A DNA stretch of 64,000 nt. Origin: Octopus vulgaris. Lineage: Eukaryota. The notes beneath the pieces were generated by a model. That model made no database searches. It saw nothing but the letters and a program-made list of their open reading frames with translations, and was not told where the DNA came from. Made by a program: the position numbers and the translations under genes. Positions 1 to 13,831 of the stretch are shown here, one piece after another. Each line of letters opens with the position of its first letter. The stretch's first letter is position 1. The stretch is from NCBI GenBank assembly GCA_951406725.2, contig OX597818.1:91388001-91452000 (forward strand), given 5' to 3'.

Positions 1-448
1 CAAGTCTTCCGGCACGTAAGGCATACAGAGACGAGTCAACAATTTAGTTAAGCAAAATTTGACAGAAAGGTTCGCCGACAACATGTGGTGGGGGCTCCCA
101 AAAGAGAGTTTAGAGCAATATCGATAGGGTTTAGCAAAGAAGTAACATTAGAAAAAATAGAAAAGAGGAAGAGCTAGTAGCTAAGTGAGACGAGACTAAC
201 TGTAGCGGTATTGCGAACCGACGTGCTAGCAGCGAGAATGGCATCTGGTGGGCCACATCTTTATTATCCTCTCCGCCACATTTTTTTAAAACTTTGTATG
301 CTATGCATATGTCCCTTCTTTTTCATTTTATCCCGAGTATACTTTCTGTCTTTGATTTTTTATATATCTTCACTATATGTAAACACCCACAATTTATGTC
401 TGTCTTTATATATGCGGCAAATAAATGAAATCGTCGTCGTCGTCGTCG

Positions 449-491
<43 letters not shown>

Positions 492-612
492 TATTATTGT
501 TAATATTATCGATGTTGCACAGTATACAATATCTTCAATCAACAACCTCACGATACTGTATACTGTGCGACATCTATAATAATAATAATGATGATGATGA
601 TGATTTTATTTA

Positions 613-680
<68 letters not shown>

Positions 681-1062
681 TAAAGCGGCTAGCGGAATCG
701 TAAATACGTGGGGCAAAATAATTTGTCATTTCGTCCGTGTTTACTTTCCGAGTTCAACTTCCACCGAGAACAACAGTGCCTTTCATCTTCTGAAGGTTAA
801 TAAAATAATTACGTGTTCAGTGCTTTGTCCATATATTATACAATCCATTCTCACGAAGTTTCAAGCCACGTGGATATAGTACAATGGATTATTATTGTTA
901 TAGATAACCGTATTTTATTGATGTTGTAAATATCAGCTTGTACTTTTCAGGATATATTTCATATGACTGTATATTTTTTTCCAAATTAATATAGAAAACA
1001 ATGCCAAATGTAAATTATAAATAAAAATATAACACAAACATATCTATTTTATATTTTCCCAG

Positions 1063-1170
1063 TCAGAAAAATATTTGCGATTCCAGTCAACTTGCAGACG
1101 AATTCTTCCATATATGGAAAAAACGCTAGAAATGCGTTCCAGTGGCAATAAATTCTTCATGGGTGAACAG
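1063..1170 (+). CDS. S-crystallin paralog A, penultimate coding exon (rest of gene lies upstream of window)
   Basis: ttttcccag|TCA...GAACAG|gtaatc; 108 nt, phase 0-0; [36 protein letters not shown], 21/36 identical to exon 5 of the downstream gene and of the same length. Confidence 0.93.
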
Positions 1171-1348
1171 GTAATCAGTTATACCCACAACAATCACATG
1201 TAACACACCAAACATGCAGCACGTAAATAAATCAAGAAAATACATGAAAACATTGAAATAAACGACAGGAACTGGCCAGTCGCGTGTGAAATAAAAGAGA
1301 TTATATTTATACATATGCTCAGACAGACGTTCACATATGTGTATATGC

Positions 1349-1380
<32 letters not shown>

Positions 1381-1462
1381 GTATGTATATAAGTAAGTAT
1401 GTAAGCATGTAAGGGTGCCTGTCAAGGGTCGCCTCTTTTGTGTTTAAATGTACACTAATTTT

Positions 1463-1497
<35 letters not shown>

Positions 1498-1651
1498 ACC
1501 TCGCTAACTGAAGAGATACCAGTGCGGGTTTCAGCCCCTACATCCGAAAATTGGAGTTTTATTATGGCAACCGAATAATTGTCACATATTATATTACAGC
1601 TATATATATATCTATATATCTATGTATATGTATGTATAGGTATGTATATTT

Positions 1652-1687
<36 letters not shown>

Positions 1688-2343
1688 GTGTGTATGTGTG
1701 TGTTTGTGTATTTGTATGTAAGTATAAGGAGAATATAACACAAGAATGGAGGATAATAAGCCTTAATAGTAGAGTAGAACATTTGTTATCAACAGTCATA
1801 TGTGAGCGCTTCATGTTGTGCATTATAATTAATTTCAATTGTATCCACATACACAAATACACACACATAGCAATGGGTCTAGTTTGGCTTCGAAATATGT
1901 GAAACTCCACAATTAGGTGCCCATAGTAAAGCATGAAAATATGCTTAATGCAGCTCAACGCGCCAGTGTGTGTGCAAACATACTTTGAATAGATGAAAAT
2001 GTGCACATACGTGTGTACTTATGTTTATAAATTTGTACGAGAACGTGTACGAGCCTTCTCACATGAAATCATCAAGAAATTAATCAATGAATGACGAACG
2101 TAAATTGTAATAAAATTTGCCAGGATAATGAAAGGGAGACAACAGTTAAAATTATTTCCCATGCTATGTATGCCTCGTCTTCTCTCATCGGAGATGAACA
2201 GGATTAGCAGCGTCGCATAACGAAGGCCTGAGGTTTACTGACAATGCAGCAAGCGTGAAAATGAAAAAAGTTGTAATATAGATTCATTCGGCAAAACTTC
2301 TTCAAAGCGGTGCCTCAGCATAGTCACACTCTAATGACAGAAA

Positions 2344-2394
<51 letters not shown>

Positions 2395-2692
2395 TTTATG
2401 AGCTGCTAATAGATTCATACATTTTTATTTTTTAACTGTTTCCGTCATTTGATAGCGGCCTTGCTGGAGCACTGCTTTGAAGAACATTTGGTCGAACGAA
2501 AATCATCCTCACTTTAGCTGAACCGCTAACTACGGGAACGTAAACAAACCAACTCCAGTTGTTAGTGTTGGTTGCGAAAAAGGAATGACGCACACACTCA
2601 AACACACATGCACTCACACATTCACACACACACACACACACAACCGCGCGCACACACATACTCACATACACTCATACACACATACATATGTA

Positions 2693-2883
<191 letters not shown>

Positions 2884-3653
2884 GATTGTCTTAACTGGTA
2901 CATCACACGTATTGAAAAGAGCATTGTCGATGTGAGAACTATTACTACCCATGTATTTTAATTTAACTTTAAAAAAAATGAACGATCTATTGAGTTCAGA
3001 TCAATGGCCTACCAACGTATACTAAGAGTTTCTTTGCCATAGGAGTCGGGAAGACACTCGGCAAGAAATGGAAGCAAATTTGAAAGAAAAAAAATAATAA
3101 TAATAAAATATGACAACAAATGAATGAGTCTTCGATATTAGATTAACAGAGGATTATTTATATGTTATTATTTAGAACAAATAGTAAAATGCCATTATAG
3201 AACTCGTAGTTTCCAAATATCGGAGCGAAGAACTACGATACATAGCGCCTATTAAAATCATTAACCGACGAGAATGTGTCGACATTTGAAGACTCCGAGT
3301 ACTGTAATGATAACCTTTTACTGTTTGTTCTAAATTATGAAGCATATATATATATATATACATATACGACGTGCTTCTTTCTGTTTCCGTCAACGAAATC
3401 CTCTCACAAGACTTTAGTCGCCCCGAGGCTAAAGTAAGGACACGGATTGAATTCTCAACTATGTGATTGGGAAGCAAACTCCTTATCAGACAGCCACACC
3501 AGTAGAGATATGGTCTAGGCACGTTTTTATAACACGTATAGTGTCACCAAGTAGTCCTAAGGCTTGGCACAAATGTTTTCCACCTCTCACAGCCTGGAGT
3601 AATATTTTGCTGATCTAACCTTATCAGAAAGGAAAAATGTACACGGACACACG

Positions 3654-3700
<47 letters not shown>

Positions 3701-4777
3701 ATTTTCGCTGTATTGTGTATTTCCTTTATTTCGCCACTGATTTTATATTGGTCCCTTAATTTGGTGCTTTTGTATATATATATATGAAATTAATAAATAA
3801 AATAAAACATATGCATACATACATACATATATGTACCTACCTACCTCTACATGTATATATACATGCATATATGGGTACAGGACACCAAATGAGAACACAA
3901 TGAGAAACGTAAACATAAACACAAAACCAAGGAAATGGACATTTTTCTTAAACAACGAAAAAATAGAGTACAGGACATACAATACAAGGAAAATTCCCCT
4001 TCTTCAGTCGCCTTTGTTTCATCTACTCCGCGTTTTGAAGGTCAAGGTGAGACACGACTTTAAAGAAACATTCCTTCTCGCGAAAAGCAAATTAAATGAA
4101 ATTTAAGATTTTTTGCGGAGGGGTAAAAATGGTAGCAAAAACAGGACAATAAAGACAGTACAAAATATAAACAATAAAGGACAGGATAAGCAGAATAACA
4201 GTAACACAAACATTGAGAGCTGTTAAGTCAGAAAGAAAGAAAACATATTATGAACGCTTTTGAGGACGGCGAGAGAGAGCCAGGAAATCCATTCGCACTT
4301 GAAGGAAGCCAGGTCAGAAAGACAGTAGCAGAGCTCTCGTCGCGGGTCAACGACGGGAGGGAGGAGGAGGAGCAAGAGAAAGGGAGAGAAAAAGGGAATG
4401 GCTGTAGAGAAAACCGGAAAGAATAAATAATGTGAGAGAGAGAGGGAGAGACAGTAAGGTAGAAGAAAAGGAAACCCGAAAGAATGAAGGCTGAAAAATG
4501 GAGTGGGACAGAATGTATAAGAGTGCGCATCATTATTAATATCAAGATCAATCTTACTTAGAAATGGATGCGTGCGTTCCGTCATATAATAAATTAATAA
4601 ATAAAATAAAATATATGCATATATACATACATATATGTACCTACATACCTCTACATGTATATATACATGCATATATGGGTACAGGACACCAAAAAAACGT
4701 CGAACACAATGAGAAACGAAAACATAAACACAAAACCAAGGAAATGGACATTTTTCTTAAACAACGAAAACATAAAG

Positions 4778-4829
<52 letters not shown>

Positions 4830-5097
4830 CTTGCTTGTGAGTGTGTTTGTGAGTGAGTGTGTGTGTATGTGTGTGTGTGTGCTTGCTCGCGAGCGTGTTT
4901 GTGAGTGAGTGTGTGTGTGTGTGTGTAAACGCTTTGTGCTAATTGCGATAAAGTGTAGTTAATGTTATTCTAGAAATTTTCTGAGCGGTGGGTGAGTTTG
5001 ACTGTTCCTATTCTAAATTCCACCTGAGGCTTCATAGGTCTCTGAAACCTGATGAGATTTGCAATAACGACCTGTATCCCATTATTTGCTTCTTTAC

Positions 5098-5159
<62 letters not shown>

Positions 5160-5195
5160 TATATATATGTATATATATACGTATATATATATTTA

Positions 5196-5243
<48 letters not shown>

Positions 5244-5968
5244 CATATATATATATATATGTATATATATATGTATATATATATTTATATATCTGTATAT
5301 ATATGTGTATATATACGTGTATATATATATATACATATATGTATGTATATATATATATATATGTAGACGCTTTGTGTTAATTGCGAAAAATTGTAGTTAA
5401 AGCTATTCTGCAAATTTTATTGGCGTTGAGTTTGACTGTTGTTACTCTGAATTCCACCTGAGGGTGCACAAGTCTCTGAAACTTGATGAGATTTGCATAT
5501 CTACTTCGATATAGAAGGGGAAAGAAAGGGAATTAAAAAAGAAGTATAAATAGTAATAAAACCGAAAAGGGAAAGGGAACAAATGATAATAAAAGAAGAA
5601 ACATAAAATAACATGAGAGAAACAGAAAGAAGAAATGAGGGCAATGTGTTTAATAGAAAAGAATGAAGTAGGATGACCGACTCATACTATGGTTAAACAA
5701 TATAATGGACTAATTCAAAAGAATATAGCAGATAAATAAGGTTTTAAACCGAGGGCAAAGTAGGTGAATGAGTAAGTAAGCAAATAAATATTCAACAATG
5801 GTATGACAGTTAGAGTGAATGCTACTGGGGTCCTGATTGAAACCAATAGACGAAAAGGAGTATGTAGCAATGTGGTAGTAATGAATAAACAATAAGATAG
5901 AATAATGCAACAAAATACTCGAGTAACAACTGAACTATAGAATATATATTTATGTGTGTGCATGTATA

Positions 5969-6035
<67 letters not shown>

Positions 6036-6124
6036 CCACACACACATATATATATATATATGAAAAAATATACATGCATGTATTTATTTATATATGAGTG
6101 TCCATATACGTATGTATATACACG

Positions 6125-6190
<66 letters not shown>

Positions 6191-6455
6191 TTTCTACATA
6201 TATATGTATATATATATATCTATCATGGTCGCCATGATAGATCGGTCTATCATGGTCGCCATGACAGATCGGCAGCCACTACACACATTTTTTTCTCTCT
6301 TTGTTTCTCTCCTGCTTTTTTTCTGTGTCCCTTTCTAGAGAAGAGCGTAGGCTAGAAACGTAAAATACCTTTTCAATTCCTGAGCGTTATACTAATACAT
6401 CTGTTTATTTTCTACACCACCTGTGTTCGTCTTTTGTTTTTTTCGTAAACTCTCC

Positions 6456-6496
<41 letters not shown>

Positions 6497-6816
6497 GGGA
6501 GAGTTTGTACAAAACAAAGAGATGTATTAGTATAACGCTTAGTAATAGAAAAAAGTCTTTTATGTTTCGAGCCTACGCTCTTCTATAGAAAGGAACACAG
6601 AAAAAAAACAAGGAGAGAAAAAAACGTGTGTAGTGGTTACCAATCTATCATGGCGACCATGACATATATATATACATATGTATATATACTTATATATATA
6701 TATATATATGTATATACATATATGCATATATATATATATTTATATATGTGTATATACTTGTATATATATATATGTATATGTATGAATATATAGAGTGTGT
6801 GCGTGTGTATGTACAC

Positions 6817-6871
<55 letters not shown>

Positions 6872-7371
6872 ATCAGAATATTGAAAGATATATTTATAAT
6901 ATATTGGAAGTTACTGGAAAGCATGACAAATATAATGAAAGGGGAATAATCATAGCAACAGGATATTGAATTAGAGGGTGGGCAGTTTTTGGGAGTAACA
7001 ATTTCGGTGATAGTAAAAAAATATAATAGAAATATCAGATTGATGACAAAGTAGATACAAGTTGAATGTTGGTGTGGATATCAAATGGAGTAAAATTTTA
7101 TAGAATATATTTAGAAAAAGTTATTGAAAAGATAAAGAAAAGCTAAGAAGTCAAAGACTTTTAGAATTATAAAGATTATAAAAATTGTAAGATTGAGACA
7201 TGTAGAAGAAATATATATAAGAAATGGAAAGCATGTGAGGAAAGAGAGTAAAATGAGAAACCATATATTTTAGGAAGTGTGGAATTGTACATAAAACATA
7301 ACTCATGTAAGTGTATTAAGGTAGGAACAACGATGGTCAGGAAGGAGTGTAGGTCGTAATGTTTGAAATTA

Positions 7372-7950
7372 AGTTTATTTATTAGCCACACAGGGCTGAA
7401 CACAGAGAGGACAAATAACAAAGTAGAGCTTTTCTTTTCGGGAAGGAGAAAAAGCGGGGAGTACGTTTTCGATCAAAAGGGAATCGTAAAAAAAAAACGA
7501 TCAATAGGGACAGAAATGTCATGATGTAAAGTGTAAACGGGGAAAGAGATAAGGTTTATCCGTGGAAAGAAAAGCCTAAGGAAAACCACGGTAACCTCGG
7601 TCAATAATGTCACATGTTAACACATTTATTTGCAAGTAAGTAACTCTCTGTTTTAAATTTTCCGGGTTCATAGGATTAAGCTCAAGGTAGCTTCGTCATA
7701 CATACGTGCTATCCTTGCTACATACACCCATTTTTTTTTTAAACATTCGCTAGTCAAAACTTGCCTCTCTACTCTCACTTTCCTTTTCAAGTGATACTTG
7801 AAGACGTTGATGAGAGATTGACCAGAGAAGAAGATGTTTGTCTCTAATCCTTTCAGACTCGTTCACCAGATACATTCTTTCGCCATAGCGCAAAGTGTGA
7901 TGAAAATAGCTCTTCCTTCCCAAAAAGTTTACAATACCAGGTGAAAACGA
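7372..7950 (-). mobile_element. L1/Tx1-like LINE 3' fragment
   Basis: Minus frame AIFITLCAMAKECIW*TSLKGL...YHLKRKVRVERQVL...KKWVYVARIAR resembles Tx1 ORF2 C-termini; pyrimidine-rich 3'UTR ending gtggctaataataaa. Confidence 0.55.
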
Positions 7951-8118
7951 TAAAGATAGTGATATTAAGTAACGGAAAACATGACCATCCGATGTAGTGA
8001 AAATAAAGAGGGAATGATGGCAAATATAAGGATACTGATATGAAAGGATTAGGTCTAAACATATATATATACACACATATATATACACATATACGTATCT
8101 GTATATATATATATATAT

Positions 8119-9890
8119 TTGTTTGGCATCCTTTCTGTCTCGGGAGACAATGGAGTTGCGCATTTTTTTTTTTTTTTTTTCTAGGTCTAGTCCGGCTGTT
8201 ATATTTTATTTCCTGTTACATTTCTTGCTGTGGCTGTGTAGTCCTATCCTGGACAAACACTCCCTCTGGCAGGTACTGCAAATGTAGCGAAGACTGTTCC
8301 TGGCTGATTGTAGTGCCATGGTCTCTTGTTTATGTCTCTTCCTTTCTTTCCATTTCTCCTCTCTCTTTCTGTCACTCCTCTGTATACCCTCTTTTACTGT
8401 ACGTCGCCATTCTCCACGGTTGCCGGCGACTGCCTCCCAACCGCTAATGTTGATGTTGCAGGCCTTCATATCCCTTTTGCAAACATCCTTGTAACGCAAG
8501 ATCGGTCTACCCACAGACCTAGTACCCCTATCAAGCTCTCCGTAGAGTATGTCCTTGGGGATTCTGCCATCTTTCATACGGCTAACATGCCCAAGCCATC
8601 TCATACGTCTTTGTGTGAGGAGTGCAAACATGCTTGGTATTCCTGCTTGCCTGAGGACATCTTTGTTGGGGATATGATTCTGCCATTTGATGTGGAGGAT
8701 TTTTCGGAGGCAGCGCAGGTGAAAGATGTTTAGGCGACGCTCTTGGCGTGTGTATAGCGTCCAGGTCTCGCTTCCATACAGTAGAGTGCTGAGTACACAT
8801 GCCTGGTAGATCTTCATTTTTGTGGTCTTGGTCAGCTTATTGTTATCCCAAGCCCGTTTGGAGAGTTGGGCCATCGCAGCAGCTGCCTTGCCAATGCGTA
8901 TATTGAGCTCAGCGTCAAGGGATAGGTTGTAGGTGACGGTAGAGCCCAGATAGGTAAACTTCTCCACCTCTTGTAATCTGTGGTCTCCAATATGTATGTT
9001 TGGGATGTCCGATGTAGCCTGGCCCATGATGTTGGTCTTCTTAAGGCTGATAGCTAAGCCAAAGTCGTTACATGCTTGCTCAAAACAGTTAATGAGCCTT
9101 TGGAGGGCTTCTTCTGTGTGTGTTACCAGAGCGGCATCATCAGCAAATAACATCTCCTTGATCAGGACGTTTCTGATTTTGGTCTTGGCACGCAGGCGCG
9201 AGAGATTGAACAGTTTCCCGTCACTTCTACTGTGCAGAAACACTCCATCATCTGATGTCTGAAAGGCATGTGACAGCAAGAGTGAGAAGAAGATGCCAAA
9301 CAATGTAGGAGCGAGGACACAGCCTTGCATTACCCCGTTTTTTATTTGGAAGGCGGCTGATGTTGAACCGTTGTGCTGTATGGTGCCTTGCATGTCATCA
9401 TGGAAAGACTTGATGATCCTCAGCAGCTTTGGTGGACATCCGATTTTTTGGAGCAGGAGGAAGAGGCCTGTTCTGCTTACCGAGTCAAAAGCCTTTGTTA
9501 GATCAATGAAGGCCATATATAATGGCATTTTCTGCTCTCTGGACTTCTCCTGAAGTTGGCGTATGGAGAATATCATATCGATAGTTGATCTGCTTCTTCT
9601 AAAGCCACACTGCGATTCCGGATAGATTCGAGAAGCAAGTAGTTGTAGCCTGGCCAGGATAACGCGGGCAAAGGTCTTTCCAACAGTGCTTAGAAGGGAT
9701 ATACCACGGTAATTGTTACAATCACCGGGAAAAGACGGCATCCCCTCAGAGATCATCAAAGCCGGCAAAAACACCATCCTGCTTCGGCACCTTCATGAGC
9801 TTCTGTGTCAGTGCTGGGAAGAGGGTACAGTCCCTCAGGATATGCGGGATGCCAACATCATTACGCTCTACAAAAACAAAGGTGACCGTG

Positions 9891-9895
<5 letters not shown>
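8119..9895 (-). mobile_element. RTE-clade LINE, 5'-truncated with a 5' inversion, in the last intron of paralog A
   Basis: Uninterrupted RT frame ([43 protein letters not shown]-terminal CxxC..HxxxC) ending at 8206; RTE-type 3' hairpin tgtct-cccg-agaca; 9721-9895 carries the upstream RT segment on the + strand; flanked by (TA)n on both sides. Confidence 0.95.
8206..9726 (-). CDS. RTE reverse transcriptase ORF, 3' part (no endonuclease; N-terminus inverted and truncated)
   Basis: About 506 codons without a stop from GDCNNYRG to ...KKCNRK*. The first ~17 aa of the listed 523-aa ORF are read through the inverted segment and are not real. Confidence 0.85.
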   Translation of the reverse strand, partial: GDCNNYRGISLLSTVGKTFARVILARLQLLASRIYPESQCGFRRSRSTIDMIFSIRQLQEKSREQKMPLYMAFIDLTKAFDSVSRTGLFLLLQKIGCPPKLLRIIKSFHDDMQGTIQHNGSTSAAFQIKNGVMQGCVLAPTLFGIFFSLLLSHAFQTSDDGVFLHSRSDGKLFNLSRLRAKTKIRNVLIKEMLFADDAALVTHTEEALQRLINCFEQACNDFGLAISLKKTNIMGQATSDIPNIHIGDHRLQEVEKFTYLGSTVTYNLSLDAELNIRIGKAAAAMAQLSKRAWDNNKLTKTTKMKIYQACVLSTLLYGSETWTLYTRQERRLNIFHLRCLRKILHIKWQNHIPNKDVLRQAGIPSMFALLTQRRMRWLGHVSRMKDGRIPKDILYGELDRGTRSVGRPILRYKDVCKRDMKACNINISGWEAVAGNRGEWRRTVKEGIQRSDRKREEKWKERKRHKQETMALQSARNSLRYICSTCQRECLSRIGLHSHSKKCNRK

Positions 9896-9964
<69 letters not shown>

Positions 9965-10101
9965 CATACATACATACGTACATACATACACACATACATA
10001 CGTATATTTATGTATACGTACTTTTTCATTTATTTATATATGTAATTATATACATTTGCTTTTATAGTTGTATATATAATTTTTATTTTTTCCACATTCA
10101 G

Positions 10102-10266
10102 ATGACACTGGCCGATATCATGTGTTACAGCGCTCTAGAAAGCCCAATGCTGGAAGATTCAAGTTTTCTACACAGTTACCCAAAACTTCAGAGTTTAAGA
10201 AACCGTGTCAAGAATCAACCAAATATCAACAACTATTTGAAAATGAGGAATTGTACAGAATTCTAA
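10102..10266 (+). CDS. S-crystallin paralog A, last coding exon
   Basis: tttttccacattcag|ATG...TTC TAA; [54 protein letters not shown]; 165 nt, same length as exon 6 of the downstream gene (32/54 identical); GST N-capping motif TxAD. Confidence 0.95.
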   Translation: MTLADIMCYSALESPMLEDSSFLHSYPKLQSLRNRVKNQPNINNYLKMRNCTEF

Positions 10267-10586
10267 GAAACAATTTCCAACTCGCCATAGTAACTTACCT
10301 AAGACGTCATTAGAGTAATTGTTGGTGATATCCATACATTTAATGTGGTAATTCAATAACTACGTGACATATATATATATATATATATATATATACGCTT
10401 GCGTACGCATATATACTTATATACATATATGTGTGTGTGTGTGTATGCATATTTGTGTCTATATATGTATTCACATATACACACTATCATAGCAAATCGC
10501 AAGCCACTCACAGGCATACACAACACGCATACACACACAGAGACTCATATATATATAATATTTCTATATTGGATTTTATGGGATGA

Positions 10587-10592
10587 AATAAA
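10587..10592 (+). terminator. Likely polyadenylation signal of paralog A
   Basis: AATAAA about 320 nt after the stop; context gattttatgggatgAAATAAAtgttgt resembles gattattatggAAATAAAgttgt at the 3' end of gene B. Confidence 0.55.
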
Positions 10593-10844
10593 TGTTGTAT
10601 ACTAATTTCTTACGAGTGATTTCACTTTTTCACGAGACTAAGAGGATTTTCTCGTCACTTTTTATCACCATGTTATATTCATTTCTATGTATTCTAATGT
10701 GTCTGCAAATTCAAAAATTTACATTCGATATTACCTAGTTATTGCATATTTTGTACATCACAAGGCATGAATATTTAAAATCTCAGTTGTCACAAAATGT
10801 TTACTAGGCTATCAATGTCGGAAACACTACAAGTACGCATGTAC

Positions 10845-10875
<31 letters not shown>

Positions 10876-11117
10876 TGTATGTATGTATGTATGTATGTAT
10901 GCATGCATGTATGTGTGTTTGCGTGTGTGTGTGCGTCTGTGTGTGCGTGGATGCTGGTAGGTAAGTTGGCATGTAAGTTCTCTTCATGTATTATCGGAAG
11001 TTTTATTGCACAGAAGGAGTAGCTTTCCAAGAAAGATGCAATGTTGCATTACTTGAATATTGATATGTACGTCTATGCATATATATATGTGTGTGTATAT
11101 ATATATATATATATATT

Positions 11118-11200
11118 GGATAGTCGTGGAAAAACGCCTTCCATCGCATTCTTCGGATTAGGTCCTTAGTTTTGGAGAGGAGGAGTAACTGGAAAGTATA
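11118..11200 (-). mobile_element. Penelope-like RT N-terminal fragment
   Basis: [25 protein letters not shown] matches the IxRMRWKAFF motif typical of Penelope-like ORFs; embedded in (TA)n. Confidence 0.5.
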
Positions 11201-11210
11201 CATATAAGTA

Positions 11211-11271
<61 letters not shown>

Positions 11272-11320
11272 ACATATATAAATATATATATTATATTAAT
11301 ATATGCATATGTATGTGTGT

Positions 11321-11361
<41 letters not shown>

Positions 11362-11779
11362 CAAGAAAATTATAGAAAATGGACATAATGACATTATTTA
11401 AAATTCACTAGAGTTGTCTTGACGCATTCTTACATCTTTTGTACATAGTTGAAAAGGTGTGCAAACATTGTCACAAGTGGTAATGTATACCCAGATTGAT
11501 AAGTTGTTCCCAGTGATCTACAGAAAAAAAATACAACCATAGATATATTTATAGATAAAACATTATTACAATCAAAATAAAACATACATAAATAAATTAA
11601 AAATAGACAAATGAAAAGAAAAGTGTCACGCCCAAAATAAATTGCATGATAGTATCAGGTAGCCAATCAATGTGGACAAGCTTTACATACCCTGCTGATA
11701 CTTTTATACCCGAATCTTATATATATGTATATATATTACACAATAAAATTCCTTTGCAGTGTTCTGTATGAATACAAAC

Positions 11780-11816
<37 letters not shown>

Positions 11817-11819
11817 CGT

Positions 11820-11879
<60 letters not shown>

Positions 11880-11888
11880 TATCTGGGC

Positions 11889-11949
11889 AGATAACCGAAG
11901 AGATGGTGTTGTGGATTTCCACATCGGCATCCGAAACTCAGTTTTATCT
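11889..11949 (+). ncRNA. Type-I hammerhead motif with CCGAAGA (U4C) core
   Basis: AGAUAA-CCGAAGA-GAUG..UGUGG auuu CCACA..CAUC-C-GAAA-C uca G-UU-UUAUCU; perfect 6-bp stem I; related copy at 1505-1561 has CUGAAGA. Confidence 0.65.
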
Positions 11950-12050
11950 TGGCTATTGAGTAATTGTCACATGTTATTTTACAGATAAATTTCCTCTATT
12001 TACATAATATTGAGGTCTCTTTCTTTCTTTTGTTATCTTACCATTTTTAC

Positions 12051-12126
<76 letters not shown>

Positions 12127-12375
12127 TAAAGTTCTCGAAAAAAAAACCAAAAGACGAAGACAAGTGATGTATAAAACAAACAGATGTATTAGTATAACGT
12201 TCAGGAATAGAAAAAGTCTTTTACATTTCGAGCCTACGCTCTTCTACAGAAAGGGACACAGAAAGAAAAACAAGGACAGAAACAAGGAGAGAAAAAATGT
12301 GTGTAGTGGCTACCGAGCTATCATGGATATATATATGTATATATATATAGGCAGGCATATATATATATGCATACA

Positions 12376-12422
<47 letters not shown>

Positions 12423-12847
12423 GTATAATTATATTTATCTTATATAAGACAACGTTGCCCATATATCATTTTTAACATGAAAAAGATTGATGGATGGAAG
12501 CAAACAACAAAAAAGCTGAATAGGAAACGAATAAATTAGTGCAGCAACGTTGAAATGTGTTTGGAAAAAGACTGAAACAGATAAATAATGAAATCACTTT
12601 CAAACATGTGATAACTTTTAAACGCTTATCGGTTCTTAGAAAATTTCTTCGAACCACTTCAAATTTTCACCGATTATTATCAAAAGAATGCAATTCTGAT
12701 GTAATTTTGTATTCTGATGACGTGTATTCTCGTCATAATTCTCCAGAAGTTAATGATTACAGTTGCAAGCAAGAAGTAACTTTTTGATGCCATTGAGACC
12801 ACAACAGTAACAACTATAGGCCTACATACGCAGAAGGCGGTGTGATA

Positions 12848-12889
<42 letters not shown>

Positions 12890-12895
12890 GCATAC

Positions 12896-12987
<92 letters not shown>

Positions 12988-13326
12988 CAGAGGGATGTCC
13001 ACTTAGACCGATATGGTCTGACTACTAAGAGAAGATTTTTCTCAATATATATATATATATTTATATACATGTATGTATGTGTGTATGTGTGTGTCCTTGT
13101 ACGTGGTGTTTAGGCGTTTACATTCCCGTAAATCAAAGCTACACTGAAGAGAATATTAGAATAAGTACTAGAGTGAAAAACTAAGAACGGGAGTAGTTTT
13201 CTTCGACTGAAATTCTTTAAAGCGTTGCCCTGGCATGGCCGCAGTATAATGGCAGTTAAAATTAAAAGATAAATACGTATATATGCGTGTATATTTGTAT
13301 ACATACATACCTGTGTATTCGTATAC

Positions 13327-13479
13327 TGGCTGTGTGGTAAGTAGCTTGCTTACGAACCACATAGTTCTGGTTTCAGTCCCACTGCATGGCACCTTGGGCA
13401 AGTCTCTTCTACTATAGCCTCGGGCCGACCAAAGCTTTGTGAGTGGATTTGGTAGACGAAAAACTGTAAGAAGCAAGTC

Positions 13480-13534
<55 letters not shown>

Positions 13535-13770
13535 GGTGCGTGTGTGTGCGCGCGCGCGTATGTTTGTGTCTCTATTTTTGTCCCCCCACATCGCTTGACA
13601 ACCGATGCTGGTGTGTTTACGTCCCCGTAACTTAGCTGTTCGGCAAAAGTGTCCGATAGATTAATTACTAGGCGTACAAAGAATAAGTCCTGGGGTCGAT
13701 TTGTTCGACTAAAGGCGGTGCTCCAGCATGGCCACAGTCAAACAAATGACAAACAAGTAAAAGAATAAAA

Positions 13771-13773
<3 letters not shown>
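13327..13773 (+). mobile_element. tRNA-derived SINE family B (internal (TA)/(TG) microsatellite)
   Basis: Head tggctgtgtggtaag...gttcagtcccactgc.tggcaccttgggcaagt; tail gtaaaagaataaaag. Other copies near 29515-29893, 57983-58385, 17140-17540, 45520-45810, 49020-49545(-), 56385-56750(-), 2425-2590(-) and 3365-3500(-). Confidence 0.85.

Positions 13774-13831
<58 letters not shown>

Noticed and set aside
951-968. Possible loop microexon of paralog A (ttttcag|GATATATTTCATATGACT|gtatat)
   Set aside because: In frame, but the donor is weak and the peptide DIFHMT does not resemble the FQRS-type loop; the true exon may lie outside the window.
12714-12785. CUGAUGA hammerhead candidate (also CUGANGA near 5049, 15303, 15737 and 28649)
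   Set aside because: No correctly placed GAAA, stem III or stem I could be built.
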